A stretch of DNA of 62,783 bases, filler included. It is 7 parts of 7 records of this genome, joined end to end, with 100 filler letters (N's around TTAATTAATTAA, not from the genome) between each part and the next. Parts side by side here need not be neighbours in the genome. Positions count along the whole stretch, not along the records: positions 44,157 to 50,467 come from SRR31147125_27734; positions 50,568 to 57,628 come from SRR31147125_27816; 5 more parts are not named here. One strand, written 5' to 3'. Position 1 is the first letter of the stretch, and each line of letters begins with the position of its first letter. Below are positions 44,157 through 56,607 of the stretch, piece after piece. Made by a program: the position numbers and the translations under genes. The notes beneath the pieces were generated by a model, which saw only the letters and a list, made by a program, of their open reading frames with translations, did not search any database and was not told where the DNA came from.

Positions 44157-45253
44157 TATCGCAACGAAATTACATTTTTAATAATGCAGCATACCCTGGG
44201 TATACATTAGCGACAGCTGTTAATTCAGATTTACGTTGGGAGACTACAGAAAAAACAAATATCGGTATTGATGCAGGATTATTCAACAACCAGCTATATA
44301 CAAATATTGACGTATTTATTGAAAACACAAAAGACTTACTTTTTAGAGATCCTATTGCTTATTCAACAGGATTGTCGGGTTCTCCTTTTATTAATGCCGG
44401 AAAAGTAAAAAATACCGGAATGGAAATATTACTGGGGTACCGTCAAAAAATCAATAACGATTGGTCATTCGATGTTAGTGCAAATGCAACTCACGTTAAC
44501 AATGAAGTTGTTGATCTGGAAGGACGAGATTTTAGTACCTCGGGAATCATAGAAGGGCATCCGGTAAATTCATATTATGGTTATCAATCAAACGGATTGA
44601 TTTATACCCAAAATGTTTTGGATGAAAACCCACATCAAAGCGGTAAAGATATTGGAGATATATGGATAAAAGATATAAATGGTAGAGATGAAGATGGTAA
44701 CCTTACAGGTTCACCTGATGGTGAAATCAATTCGGCCGATCGGGGTATTATTGGAAACCGTTATCCGGATCTTGTGTATGGCTTAATGGGTACAGCTAAT
44801 TACAAACAATGGACATTTCAACTACAATTGCAGGGTTTGCATGGTGTAGATAAAGCAATTTATGCTGGAGAATATAACAATGCTTTCCATTATTTTACTC
44901 ATTGGGCAATGAACCATGAGGCTTCGATTTTGGATAGATACCACCCTACTAAAAATCCAAATGGAACAATGCCAAAAGTTTCTACGGCTGATAGCGGACA
45001 TAATTTCGACTTTTCTGATTTTTGGCTAGAGGATGCTTCATACCTACGGATTAAGAATGTAAACCTCAATTATTCTTTTAATCAAAGTTTTTGCGAGAAA
45101 CTAAATGTAAATAGTCTAGGTGCATATGTAAGTGTACAAAACCTATATACGTTTACCAGTTTTCCAGGTACTGAGGTCGACACCAACGCTGATCCATATA
45201 CAGGTGTTCCCCAACCAACAACATGGACTGTTGGATTTAAGGTTTCATTTTAA
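44157..45253 (+). CDS. SusC/RagA TonB-dependent transporter, C-terminal part
   Basis: Frame open from the contig start: NSDLRWETTEKTNIGID, NAGKVKNTGME, SDFWLEDASYLRIKN, terminal ...GFKVSF. Confidence 0.93.
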
Positions 45254-45284
45254 AATGTTTCATACGATTAAAATAAACAAAAAG

Positions 45285-46940
45285 ATGAAAAATATTATTC
45301 AATATAAAAAGATAACATTCTTTATATTAGGCTTCACACTAATACTAAATTCATGCGACGAAAAGGAATTTTTAGATAAATACCCGCTTGACCAACCTAA
45401 CCCTGAAAATTTCTTCTACGATGAAACCTCTGCTCAATCTGCAATTGCAGCATCATTTGAGCCATGGACTCAGTCAAGTTCTCATATGTATTCCCGTGAT
45501 ATGATGATAATTTTTGATGGAATGACAGACGATAGCTATTGGAGGCCAAACCGGTCTTCATCTATTCAACAGGAACGATGGGATATTACACCAACACACT
45601 CTGCTATTTCTACATATTGGAGAAGTGTTTTTAGAAGTATAAATGCAGCTAATTTTGCAATAGAAGGTATTCCTAATTCTATAGATGAAAGTTTTACAGA
45701 AGAAGAACAACACCCATATATTGCTCAGGCAAGATTTATGAGAGCTTTCGACTATTTGTTCCTTACTACATTTTATGGAGATGTTCCTTTGGTTACAAAA
45801 ACATTGTCGTCTTTTGATGAATTTGATCAACCGCGCACCAGTAAATCTGCGGTTTTTGAACAGATAATTGAAGACTTTGAATATGCAAAAGAACACCTTC
45901 CAACAGAATGGCCAGATGCAGTAGGAGCGCCAACAAAGGCTACCGGAGCAGCATTTTTGGCTAAAGCATATTTATACAATAAAGATTACGTAAATGCTGA
46001 ATCTTCAGCAAGGGAAGCCATTCAAATTGCAGAATCTTCTGGTTATAAAATGCTGGATGATTATATGGCTGTATTCGATGGAAATAATGAAAGAAATGAA
46101 GAATTATTATTTTACTTTTCTTATTTACCAGATTTAGAGGGCTATTCAACAAATTCAACAATCCAAAGAATTTGCAGGGATTTACCCGGGGAATTTAGAA
46201 CAGTATTTGGTGCCGCAGGATGGGGATATGCACTTCCCCAGCGTGATTTGTATGATGCGTTTGAAGAAGGCGACCCAAGACGGACATTTACGATGTTTGC
46301 CCCTGGTGATACTTTTGGGTATTTTTCCGGTTCCGAAGCTTTTATCTATAAGCATAATAAATATGACGATCTTGGCCAGTTAATAGAATATGAGACAACT
46401 TATAACAATGGCGATCCGATTGAATATGACTACAGATGGTCTCCAACAGGAATGAATGTAAGGAAGTTAACAAATAATGTTGGAGATTTGGCAAATACAG
46501 GAAGGGATGGACTGGATCAACCTCTAATGAGAATGTCTGAACTTTACCTTTTCCTAGCTGAGGCATTGGCAGAACAAGGTGATGACGAAGCACTTGTATG
46601 GGTAAATAAAGTGAGAGCTCGTGCATCTGTGAATATGCCGCCAAAAACAACTTCTGATGGAGATCTTGTTGATCTTGTGAGGCATGAAAGAAGAGTAGAA
46701 TTAGCCATGGAGGGCATTCGCCTTTACGATTTAATGCGTTGGGGGTGCATAGGTGATATATTTGCAACATCAACTTCTGTAAAAAGACATTTTTATTCTG
46801 ATTATATGACAGAAGAAAATGAACAAACAAGATTTGATGCCCCTCTATTAGATTTACCTGCAAATTTATTGTTCCCAATACCCCAGGACGAAATCGATCA
46901 AAATAGTAGCATCAGCTCAAATAATCCTGGATACGATTAG
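45285..46940 (+). CDS. SusD/RagB-family lipoprotein
   Basis: Lipobox LNSC, QARFMRAFDY...YGDVP, MRMSELYLFLAEA, ERRVELAMEGIRLYDLMRW, PIPQ...NNPGY. ATG 45285 is preferred. Confidence 0.94.
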   Translation: MKNIIQYKKITFFILGFTLILNSCDEKEFLDKYPLDQPNPENFFYDETSAQSAIAASFEPWTQSSSHMYSRDMMIIFDGMTDDSYWRPNRSSSIQQERWDITPTHSAISTYWRSVFRSINAANFAIEGIPNSIDESFTEEEQHPYIAQARFMRAFDYLFLTTFYGDVPLVTKTLSSFDEFDQPRTSKSAVFEQIIEDFEYAKEHLPTEWPDAVGAPTKATGAAFLAKAYLYNKDYVNAESSAREAIQIAESSGYKMLDDYMAVFDGNNERNEELLFYFSYLPDLEGYSTNSTIQRICRDLPGEFRTVFGAAGWGYALPQRDLYDAFEEGDPRRTFTMFAPGDTFGYFSGSEAFIYKHNKYDDLGQLIEYETTYNNGDPIEYDYRWSPTGMNVRKLTNNVGDLANTGRDGLDQPLMRMSELYLFLAEALAEQGDDEALVWVNKVRARASVNMPPKTTSDGDLVDLVRHERRVELAMEGIRLYDLMRWGCIGDIFATSTSVKRHFYSDYMTEENEQTRFDAPLLDLPANLLFPIPQDEIDQNSSISSNNPGYD

Positions 46941-46959
46941 AATATTATTTATAGCCATT

Positions 46960-46994
46960 ATCAATCCCTGATGGAATATTAATCAGGGGTTGAT
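46960..46994 (+). terminator. Hairpin after susD
   Basis: ATCAATCCCTGAT-loop-ATCAGGGGTTGAT followed by T-rich sequence. Confidence 0.55.
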
Positions 46995-47107
46995 TTAAAT
47001 TTTTATTCCATTATTTATTGACAGACGTTAGATTCTTCACCTTTGAGAAGTACATCTTCTTGCATGTGAAAAGAATCCACAAATCATAATGTTTTTAAAC
47101 AAATAAT

Positions 47108-48451
47108 ATGAACTCTGATAGAAGACATTTTATTAAAGCAAGCATGCTTGTAGGAGGCGGAGCAATGTTGAATCCTTTAGGAACAAAATCTTTATTTGCT
47201 TCAACAACAAAAAAGACAGTAAAAATAGGTTTTGTAGGTACGGGTTTAAGAGGTTTAGCATTGATAAAGCAATTGTTGAAATTAGAAGGTGTAGAAATAC
47301 CTGCAATCTGCGATATCGATCAGGAGAATCTGAAAAAAACCGAAAAACACATCATTAATTCCGGACATAGGCCTCCAGATACATATTCACGAAGCGAAAC
47401 AGATTATAAAAGACTGTGTGAACGTAACGATTTAGATTTAGTGATGACAGCTACACCTTGGGAATGGCACACTCCGATATGCCTTGCTGCAATGGAAGCT
47501 GGAAAGAATGTTGCTTCGGAAGTACCCATTGCTGTTACCGAAGAAGAATGCTGGAAATTAGTAGAAACCTCTGAACGTACGGGTAAATTTTGTACAATGC
47601 TTGAGAATGTATCGTACTTGAAAAATGTTATGACTCTTTCAAAGATGATACACCAGGGTGTTTTTGGTGAAATGTTACACGCCCAGGTTGGGTACCAACA
47701 TGATATACGCCCCAGAAGATTCAATGATATAACCCTTGATTACTACAATAAAACAGGACTTCCCCATTGGCGTATCAGGCATCACGAAAAGAAACATGGC
47801 AATTTATACCCAACACATGCTATTGGCCCTGTTGCACAATGGATGGATATTAACAGGGGAGATCGTTTTTCGTATTTGGTCTCCATGGAAACTCCTTCAT
47901 ATGGTTTGAATATCTATGCTGGGAGGGAGTTTGGAGAAGACCATCCGCTTGCCAGGAAAAAATATATACACGGGGACATTAACACAACGCTGATAAAAAC
48001 AGTAAAAGGTTTAACAATAACCCTATATCATGATGTAGCTACTTACCGTCCAAGGGATTTAGTAATGAGGGTGCAAGGAACAGAAGGAATATATAATTCC
48101 AGTGATGGAATTTATATTTATGGTAAGAGCAAAGAAGATGAGGTTTGGGATGATTTTAACAAGGTACCGTATGTAAAAGATTATTTACCAAAACTATGGA
48201 AAGAACAGGGCAACAATGCTGTTGGTGCAGAGCATGATGGTGGAGACTACCTGGAAATGTATCGTCTCGTTGAAGGCATTCGCCAAGGCAAAGAACCAGA
48301 TATTGACGTATATGATGCAACTACATGGAGTGTAATTACCGAACTCACTTCCAAGTCTGTGATAAATGGTAGTAAACCCATACAATTCCCAGATTTTACT
48401 AAAGGAGCATGGAAATCTCGTTCACCCAAAAATTCAATTTTTATACAGTAG
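47108..48451 (+). CDS. GH109-like NAD+-dependent glycosidase (Gfo/Idh/MocA fold), Tat-exported
   Basis: SDRRHFIK twin-arginine signal, GTGLRG, ATPWEWH, ASEVP, MLEN, GNLYPTH, DVYDA.TWS, FPDFTKG.W. Confidence 0.88.
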   Translation: MNSDRRHFIKASMLVGGGAMLNPLGTKSLFASTTKKTVKIGFVGTGLRGLALIKQLLKLEGVEIPAICDIDQENLKKTEKHIINSGHRPPDTYSRSETDYKRLCERNDLDLVMTATPWEWHTPICLAAMEAGKNVASEVPIAVTEEECWKLVETSERTGKFCTMLENVSYLKNVMTLSKMIHQGVFGEMLHAQVGYQHDIRPRRFNDITLDYYNKTGLPHWRIRHHEKKHGNLYPTHAIGPVAQWMDINRGDRFSYLVSMETPSYGLNIYAGREFGEDHPLARKKYIHGDINTTLIKTVKGLTITLYHDVATYRPRDLVMRVQGTEGIYNSSDGIYIYGKSKEDEVWDDFNKVPYVKDYLPKLWKEQGNNAVGAEHDGGDYLEMYRLVEGIRQGKEPDIDVYDATTWSVITELTSKSVINGSKPIQFPDFTKGAWKSRSPKNSIFIQ

Positions 48452-48459
48452 TTAAGCTT

Positions 48460-50467
48460 ATGAAATTTTATCTTGAAATATTAGTTGGAATCTTTATATT
48501 GTTTGGCACTTCTTTAAAAACGAAAGCTCAGGAATTAGATAGGTTTGCAGAAATTGGTAATAAGACATCTGCCATTAGAACGCATTTACTAGAATTCCCT
48601 CAGCCTCCTGCACTGGATTCAATATTTTTAAATTTTCATAAAGGTGATAAATATGCATTTAAACCGATAGATAAACTAGATACGCAGGAAGAGTTGGTAG
48701 AAGAATTAGAAAAAATGCGCTCTTCTTATTCCTCCTATATGAAAAATTATGCCCCAGCGATTGAACAAAAAAGAGATATCCTGAAATTAAACAATTTTAA
48801 GTGGAAAACTGAATCGGAAGTTGACAAAGCAAATTTTGGCGATTTGTTAATTGGTAATAGCAAATGGGAAGAAGTAGAAATACCCCACTATGGTGAACCC
48901 GTTGGCGAAGCAACAACCTACTATTACAAAGAATTTGAACTGGATGACGCCATGCTTGATAAAGAAGCTTTGTTTATCCGCTTTAATGGGGTTGATTACA
49001 TAGCCCAGGTCTTTATGAACGGTTACTATTTAGGAAGTCATGAAGGCTTTTTTGCACCGTTCGAATTTAATTTCACAGAAGTAGCGAAGAAAGGAATAAA
49101 CAAGTTGCTTGTAAAAGTAATAAACCACAATGTTGGGGCAAAAGGAGAAAAAATTTATGCAGCAACAGGACCGGGTTACGACGAACCATTATTAGGCTGG
49201 CACCATTGTCCCGCCGGGATGGGTATCTACCAAGATGTTTTTGTGGAAGCACGTTCTCACATTCATATAAACGATGTATTTGTTCGTCCCTTGCTAGAAA
49301 CAGAAAGTGCAGAAGTATGGCTTGAAATTAATAATACTAAAGCACAACAAAAAAACATAAAAATTTCGTATAGTGTTTTCGGTCAAAACTTTAAAGATAC
49401 AATATGCCAAAATATTGTCTATTCACCATCAACAGTGGTTGTACCAGGGGTAGGCGATCTTGCAAAATCATCTGACGGAAGACACGTTAAACTGCCACTT
49501 GGACTAGGTTCCAACTTTTACAAGTTTAGTTTTAAAATACATGCCCCAAAAATTTGGAACAATCAAACTCCATGGCTTTATCAACTACAGGTTAAAGTCC
49601 TGAGTGAAAATGGAGAAACATTGGATATTCAAAAACAACAATTTGGGATGCGTTCTTTTACAATGGATACGACAAGCATACCCAAAGGAAAATTATTTCT
49701 TAACAACAATCCGGTAAGACTGAGAGGTGCTAATACCATGGGACACCTGCAAGGATGCGTAATGCGCAAAGACTGGGATCAGCTCCGTGATGATATTCTG
49801 TTGGCTAAAATTTGCAATATGAATTATATCCGGCTAACACAACGCCCTGTTCAACAAGAAATTTATGATTATTGTGATATGCTGGGGATGATGACTCAAA
49901 CAGATCTGCCTTTATTTGGAGCATTAAGGCGCACAAAATTTTCTGAAGCTATAAAACAAGCAGAAGAAATGGAAAGACTGATAAGAAGTCACCCGTGCAA
50001 TATCATGGTTAGTTATATAAACGAACGCTTTCCCAATGCCGAAGGTCATCCGCAGCGCAGTTTCTCTGATTATGCTGATTACGAAAAATTTTATACCGCA
50101 GCAAACGAGGCCGTCTTAATAGCCAATCCGGACAGGGTAATAAAACCGGGTGACGGTGATTATGATCCTCCATCTCCAGGACTCCCAGACAACCATTGCT
50201 ATAATTTGTGGTATAATGGTCACGGACTTGGTGTTGGTGAGATGCACAAAGGATTTTGGCAACCGGTTAAACCCGGATGGCTCTATGCCTGCGGAGAGTA
50301 TGGTGCAGAAGGTTTAGATCCGGTAAATACAATGGAAAAGTATTACCCGGAAAATTGGTTAAAAGAATCAGATGGTGTTTGGAAACCAGATAACATCAAT
50401 AAATGCCAAACTTCTGCATTTCATGTAATGTGGTATGATGAGCAATCAACAAAAAAAGCTGGGTTAA
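48460..50467 (+). CDS. Glycoside hydrolase family 2 protein, 3'-truncated
   Basis: FNGVDY...HEGFFAPFEF, GIYQDV, W...PWLY, FGMR, RSHP...INE (acid/base), GEYGAEG (nucleophile). Confidence 0.85.
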
Positions 50468-50567
50468 NNNNNNNNNNNNNNNNNNNNNNNNNNNNNNNNN
50501 NNNNNNNNNNNTTAATTAATTAANNNNNNNNNNNNNNNNNNNNNNNNNNNNNNNNNNNNNNNNNNNN
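50468..50567. other. Artificial contig spacer
   Basis: N44-TTAATTAATTAA-N44. Confidence 0.99.
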
Positions 50568-50787
50568 TAATGTAATCGATTACATTTATTCTACACCTGT
50601 TTTTTTTAGAAATCAAGGATTGAATTTCCTTGAAATACGAAAATAAAGGAATAATTTGTCCAAAAGGCGTTGTATTAAGAGCGCCCGTACAATACCCCCC
50701 TATCATTTCGACAGGGGATGTGCTATAACTACCGGACTCTATTTTTCTGTACACAGAAATCGCTTTTTACCCAATTTGGAGAATATA

Positions 50788-52265
50788 ATGACATTCAATA
50801 ATCTGGGACTCAGGCCTGAACTGCTTAATGCAGTCGAAGGGAAGGGATATTCCCGGCCGACTCCCATTCAGATCGGAGCAATTCCTCCGATATTAGAAGG
50901 ACGTGATGTCCTCGGCGGCGCCCAGACCGGAACCGGAAAGACCGCTGCCTTTACTCTGCCGCTGCTGCAGCTTTTAAGCCAGTCAGGCATGAAACCCTCC
51001 CGGCATCCCCGGGCTTTGATCGTCTGTCCGACCCGTGAGCTGGCAGCTCAGATCCGGCAGTCCATCGTCGACTACGGGGTGAATCTGCCCTTTAAATCCG
51101 ACGCCCTCTTCGGAGGAGTCAAAATCAATCCTCAGATCACCCGTATCCGGGGCGGACTCGATATTGTGGTTGCTACACCCGGACGACTTCTCGATCACCT
51201 GAATCAGAGAACTCTGAACCTTTCGCAGGTTGAATACCTCATCCTTGATGAGGCTGACAGAATGCTGGATATGGGGTTTATTCGTGATATCAAGAAAATT
51301 ATCGGCATGCTCCCCCCGAAGCGACAGAATATGCTTTTCTCCGCGACCTACAGCAAGGAGATTCGCAAGCTTTCAAAGGAGCTTTTGAACAATCCTGTTC
51401 TTGTCGAGGTTAATCCCGAAAACAGCGCCGCCGAAACGGTGGAGCAGGTGGTTCACCGGGTTGAGAAGGCTCACAAGCAGCACCTCCTTTCCCACCTTAT
51501 AAAAGAAGAGGACTGGTATCAGGTGCTCGTTTTTACAAGAACGAAGTATGGCGCCTCGAAACTGGCCCGGAAGCTGAAACAGGCGGGGATTCCCTCGGCG
51601 GATATTCACGGCAACAAGAGCCAGGCTGCCCGAACCCGGGCATTGAAGGAATTCAAGGCCGGTAAGCTCCAGGCTCTGGTGGCCACCGATATTGCGGCCC
51701 GGGGGCTGGATATCGTCAAGCTCTCCCATGTGGTGAACTTCGATCTGCCCCAGATTGCCGAGGATTATGTCCACCGTATCGGCCGGACAGGCCGGGCGGG
51801 AGAAGAGGGACTTGCGGTTTCTTTCTGTGCATCGGATGAAAGGGATAAGCTCAAAGCTATCGAGAAGCTTCTGGGACGCAGACTGCCTGTGGTGAAGGCC
51901 GAAGGTTTTAAACCGCCTCCGCCTGCCGTGCAGCAGGGTGCCGGTCAGCAGAATGCCACTTCCCAGAATTCCCGAAAGCCCGGGCCCGGAAGGCGTCCGA
52001 ACGCGCCGAGCGAGGGGGAAGAACCCGCCGGGAAGACAACTGGAACCCCGGCAATCGTTCCGGTGATGAAGAAGGCCGGAACAGCCGTCCTTCCAGTACC
52101 GGGCGAAACTCCTCAAGCCGGGGCCAGGGAGGACCTTCGGGCCGTAATCCCCGTACCGGTCATAATACCTCGAGCCGGAACATCGGCGGCTCTGAGAGCC
52201 GGAGCGGCAACGGACGTAACAGAGGTAGAGGGCAGGGGAGACGTCAGTCCCCGGCTTCGGCATAA
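50788..52265 (+). CDS. rhlE: DEAD-box RNA helicase (RhlE-like); tail frameshifted at ~52016
   Basis: PTPIQ, AQTGTGKT, PTRELA, TPGRL, DEAD, SAT, ARGLD, HRIGRTGRAG; ATG 50788 follows GGAG. One extra G at 52014-52018 restores an R/G/N/S-rich tail ending at TAA 52263-52265. Confidence 0.9.
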
Positions 52266-52551
52266 ATAAGTCCACATTTCTATTCACTGCGGCGCCGGGA
52301 CCACCGGGGCTGTGGGGGCCAGATGTTCCGCTCAGGAAGAAGTCCTGGGCGGCGGTTCGATGAGTATTCAGAAACAGCTTTTTGCTTCCCGATCATTGCA
52401 TTCCGGTTTAAATAGATTATACTTTCTTCAGGGTTAATACTTTTCAAATTCGGCTTTATCATCCTGGCTCCTTGCGGGCCGGGCTGTGAAAAAGACTCGT
52501 TTGAACTGGAGGTTGAGAGGAGGGGTCTGAACTGCCTTCCGACAATTGACT

Positions 52552-52914
52552 ATGAAGAACATTATGCTTGTTGATGATGATATGAATATCAGGACGTCAC
52601 TGTCCCGCGAACTGCGTTTCAATAATTACAATGTTATTCCTGCAGAAACGGGTCTGATGGGTATAAACAAGCTGCAGAAGCAGGCCGTTGATCTTATCAT
52701 TGTTGATCTTCGTATGCCGGTGATGGGCGGACTTGAGTTTATAAGGGAAGCCTCAACCGATTTTTCCCATATCCCTGTTATTATTCTCTCGGGAACTGTC
52801 ACCCGGGAGGTTATGGAAGCCCTTAAACCTTATCGTGATCAGGTTGTCGACGTGATCGCAAAACCCTGGGATCCCGATTACCTGCTGGATATTATCGCAG
52901 CAGCCCTCTCCTGA
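52552..52914 (+). CDS. Single-domain response regulator
   Basis: IMLVDDD, DLIIVDLRMPVMGG, PVIILSG, AKPW. Confidence 0.92.
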   Translation: MKNIMLVDDDMNIRTSLSRELRFNNYNVIPAETGLMGINKLQKQAVDLIIVDLRMPVMGGLEFIREASTDFSHIPVIILSGTVTREVMEALKPYRDQVVDVIAKPWDPDYLLDIIAAALS

Positions 52915-52919
52915 TACCT

Positions 52920-55418
52920 TCAGCTTTCGGCCTCACTGTTCTCTTCACCGATGGGGAGCCTAATTGTAAAAACCGCCCCGCCTTCGGGTGAATTTGTAGC
53001 TATAATTTCTCCCCGATGCTTATTCACCACGATATCGTATGAAATGTTCAGCCCCAGACCGGTTCCCTTTCCGATAGGTTTCGTCGTAAAAAAGGGATCA
53101 AATATATTATCTATAATGTCCGGGGGAATCCCGGGACCGGAATCCTGTATCTTGAAACAGGCTTTCTCATCCTCCAGATAGGTGTCAATCTTGATCAGAC
53201 TATTGATCCGATCATCATAGCCATCAACGGCTTGTGCTGCATTGACAATCAGATTCAGAAGTACCTGGTTGATTTCTCCTGCTGAGCACCAGACTGGTGG
53301 AATTTCACCATAGTTTACAATAACATCCCCAATGAATTTCAATTCATTTCCCGCAATGGTCAAGGTTGTTTCTGTGGCCTGATTCAGGTCATAAAAGTTG
53401 TATCTTGCTTCATTGTCGATCCGGGAAAAAGAACGCAGACTGTTGATGATACCCAGGACTCGTTCAAATCCTTCCTCATTTTCCTCAAAAATCGCCTCTA
53501 TGTCCTCTACAATATGATTAAAATTATGCTCATTCAGTAGTGATCGGAGGTTCATTCCGGGGGCATCTGAGGATTCCTTCACACCGTCCAGAATATTCCG
53601 GATCTTACCGAAATAAGTCTTAAGAGAGTGGGTATTGCTTTTTATGAAACCGATAGGATTGTTCAATTCATGGGCTACTCCGGCAGCGAGGCGGCCGATG
53701 GAGGCTAACTTTTCCTCCTTCACTAATGTGGCCTGGGCCGTAATGAGTTTCTTATTCAATTCTTTGAGCTGCTGTTCTGTTTTTATCTGATTGGATATGT
53801 CCTCTTTAATCGCAATATATCCTGTGCTTTTTCCATCATGATTTTTGATGGGGCAGATAACTGCCAGTTCCCACATGGTTTCTCCGTTTTTACAGAGATT
53901 ATGAAAGGTCCCTTTCCAGATATTTCCATTAGAGATTGTGTCCCAGAGTTCTTTATAAAAAGCTGTATCCTGGGTTCCCGTTTTCAGGATCCTTGGATTT
54001 TCCCCCTGGCCTCTTTCAAAGTATATCCGGAGACCTCTGTGAATCTGGGATTTACATAATTGATATTCCCTTTCAGATCGGTGATAACAATGGACGCAGG
54101 ATTCTGCTCAATGGCCTGCTTGTAAATAAGAAGCTTTTTCTCCCTCTGATGTTTAGAGAGGGCAATGGCCAGAATATCCCCGATAAACACCAAATCGATA
54201 TTTTCAAGAAAATTGTGAACCGGGGCGGTACTGAGGTGAATTGAAATCATCCCTGCATTTTTCAGGTTCAGGAATACAGGGATGAAAATTAAAAACCCCT
54301 GCTTATAGGGGGCGATGGATTGGATATCCACCGGAACAGATTGCCCCGAGGTCAAATCAAATGTTGTGGGGGTGTCAAAGGAGTGGTAAATCTCTTCTCC
54401 ATGTTGAATTCTACTCATATCCACTGTCCCGTTCTTCCACACCGAACGGGTGAGGTGGCTGTTTTTCCTGAGGATTATCTCGCATTCCCGGGCCGAAAAA
54501 ATTTTCCCCGATGATCCGGGTGAACTCTTTTAAAAATCCGGTACTGCTTTCTCCGGAGAGACTAATGATAACCTGAAACAGTTCATTCACCAGATTTCTG
54601 AAGTTCAACTGAAGTTCAAGGGATTCTTCAACTTCAACCCTGTGGAGTTTATTGCTGATCTGTTTATTGATCGCCGAAAAGGTTTGAATATCCTCCAGGG
54701 AAAAGGGAAATTTTTCCTCCGAATCTTCCTCCAGGAGGTGGAGTTCGATTAGATTTTTCCCATCACTATGTGTTTCCATATGCTCTGAAAGAACCCATTG
54801 GCTCTCTTCAAAAGCGGGAGAATGAAATTCCTTTCCTTTGTAAAACATTCGGGTGCTGATGTTCTCTGCATTGGCAAAGGCGGTTGGAATAATTTCCAAT
54901 GTCTTCCCAATGAAGTCTTCTATTGTATTTCTTTCTTCGATCGCCTGTGAAATTTTGAAGAAGGCATCCAGTTCTCTCAGTTGGGTCCGGAGCTTCTCGT
55001 TGCTTTTATGGATTTCCGCCTCGCTGGATGTTCTCTGAACTTCCAGAGTTATTCTTTTTAAGGCAATATTCAGGACCAGTTTCATATTAGGAATGGTGAA
55101 AGGCTTCAGGAGCAGACCGTAGGGATTGGTTTGTTCTATATTGGTGATCGTTTCTTCGTCGATACTGCCTGTGATGAAAATAGAGGGAATACCGTATGAG
55201 GCCTGGAGTGAATTGGCCAGGCTGATTCCGCTGAATGCTTCATCAATATTGACATCCATAAAAAGCAGATCGGGCTTACTATTTTCTACCTCTACATAAG
55301 CGGAGGATATGGTGTGAGCCTGACGAACCTTATGGTAACCGGCAGAGTTCAAAGCGACATTGAGAAAGTCGGAAAACGGTTCATCATCATCGATTACAAG
55401 TATGGCGGGATCAGTCAT
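52920..55418 (-). CDS. Hybrid sensor kinase (receiver - sensory region - PAS - NtrB-type kinase), split by frameshifts at ~54500 and ~54000
   Basis: Receiver (ILVIDDD, DLLFMDV, LKPF). The PAS domain reads through as ITDLKGNINYVNP...G.NPRILKTG...FYKELW after one base is added at 53998-54006. Kinase motifs EKLASIGRLAAGVAHELNNP, DSGPGI, FDPFFTTK..GKGTGLGL. Confidence 0.85.
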
Positions 55419-56607
55419 CTGTGTACTTTCTTGGTAAAGAAAATGAAAATCTGGCACCGCCGAGAGGGCTTCGGCTGCAACCGATTTTTCCCCTGTGTTT
55501 CTGGGTAATGATATCTGAACAGATACTCAATCCCAGGCCTGTTCCCTCACCGACCTCTTTAGTTGTGAAAAACGGATCAAAAATTTTGGTCATCAGATCC
55601 TCCGGAATACCGGGCCCCGAATCCTCAATGGATAAACTCACGGTTTCGGAGTCATGGGAGGTCGTGATTCTGATTACACCCATATTCTGGGATTTTACAG
55701 TTTCAATTGCCTGGGCTGCATTTATAATAAGATTCAGGATGACCTGGGTAACAGCACTGCCAAAGCACTCAACCCTTGGAGTCCCTGCTGTTTCATTTTC
55801 AATTCTGGCTATGTGTTTGTATTGATTTCGGGAAACATTGAGTGTATGTTTCACAGCCTCACTCAGGTCCAGAGGCTCTACCTTCTGGATTTCACTTTGT
55901 CTGGCAAACTGCTTCAGCTCCGAGGTGATACTCGCTATCTGATTGACTCCCTGCTCATTTTCCAGGATGATGGCGGCCATGTCCTCAAGTGCCTCCGAAA
56001 GTCTTCTGTAATCTTCTTCGTTGATTCCAGCCTGATCTTTGTATTCCCCGCATAAGTTTGAGATGAGGTCCCTGTATCTGCCCATACTTCTGTTGTTGCT
56101 TTTTATATATCCAATCGGGTTGTTTATTTCATGGGCGATGCCTGCGGCCAGGGTCCCTATGGATGCGAGTTTTTCCTGCTGAGCCATGGTGCTGTAGAGT
56201 TCATTCAGTTTGTTGTTGGCCTCGAGCAGTTCCAGATTCAGCCGGTTTGTATTGATGCTGAAATCTATGTAACCACTGATATCAATATAAATAGAGTGCA
56301 TCTTCCTCCAGTCAGGTCCCACTTCCGGAAAGCTGAACTCCAGACAGGTTATGAGTTTTCCTTCAGAATCTTTGAGAAGAGATTCCTGCTTGATCATCTC
56401 TCGATTTCCGGAGAATGAGTTGAGCAGAGAGACCCGGGACGTCGGATCACAGTAGAGGGATTCGGCGCTCTTCTTGTCTGCTAATTGGAAACCGAACTTC
56501 TGAATGCACTCTCTGTTGGCATCAAAAATTCTGTCCTCCTCATCCGTGGAAATCATCATAATTTCTCCGCTACCCCTGAGGAGGGTGATTAATTTCCTGT
56601 CATTCAT
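55411..56607 (-). CDS. Cytoplasmic NtrB-type histidine kinase with an N-terminal PAS-like region
   Basis: QQEKLASIGTLAAGIAHEINNP, NLIINAAQA, DSGPGI, FDPFFTTK..GEGTGLGL. Confidence 0.92.
   Translation of the reverse strand: MNDRKLITLLRGSGEIMMISTDEEDRIFDANRECIQKFGFQLADKKSAESLYCDPTSRVSLLNSFSGNREMIKQESLLKDSEGKLITCLEFSFPEVGPDWRKMHSIYIDISGYIDFSINTNRLNLELLEANNKLNELYSTMAQQEKLASIGTLAAGIAHEINNPIGYIKSNNRSMGRYRDLISNLCGEYKDQAGINEEDYRRLSEALEDMAAIILENEQGVNQIASITSELKQFARQSEIQKVEPLDLSEAVKHTLNVSRNQYKHIARIENETAGTPRVECFGSAVTQVILNLIINAAQAIETVKSQNMGVIRITTSHDSETVSLSIEDSGPGIPEDLMTKIFDPFFTTKEVGEGTGLGLSICSDIITQKHRGKIGCSRSPLGGARFSFSLPRKYTDD

Noticed and set aside
51373-52287. 304-aa minus-strand ORF
   Set aside because: Antisense shadow of the DEAD-box helicase.
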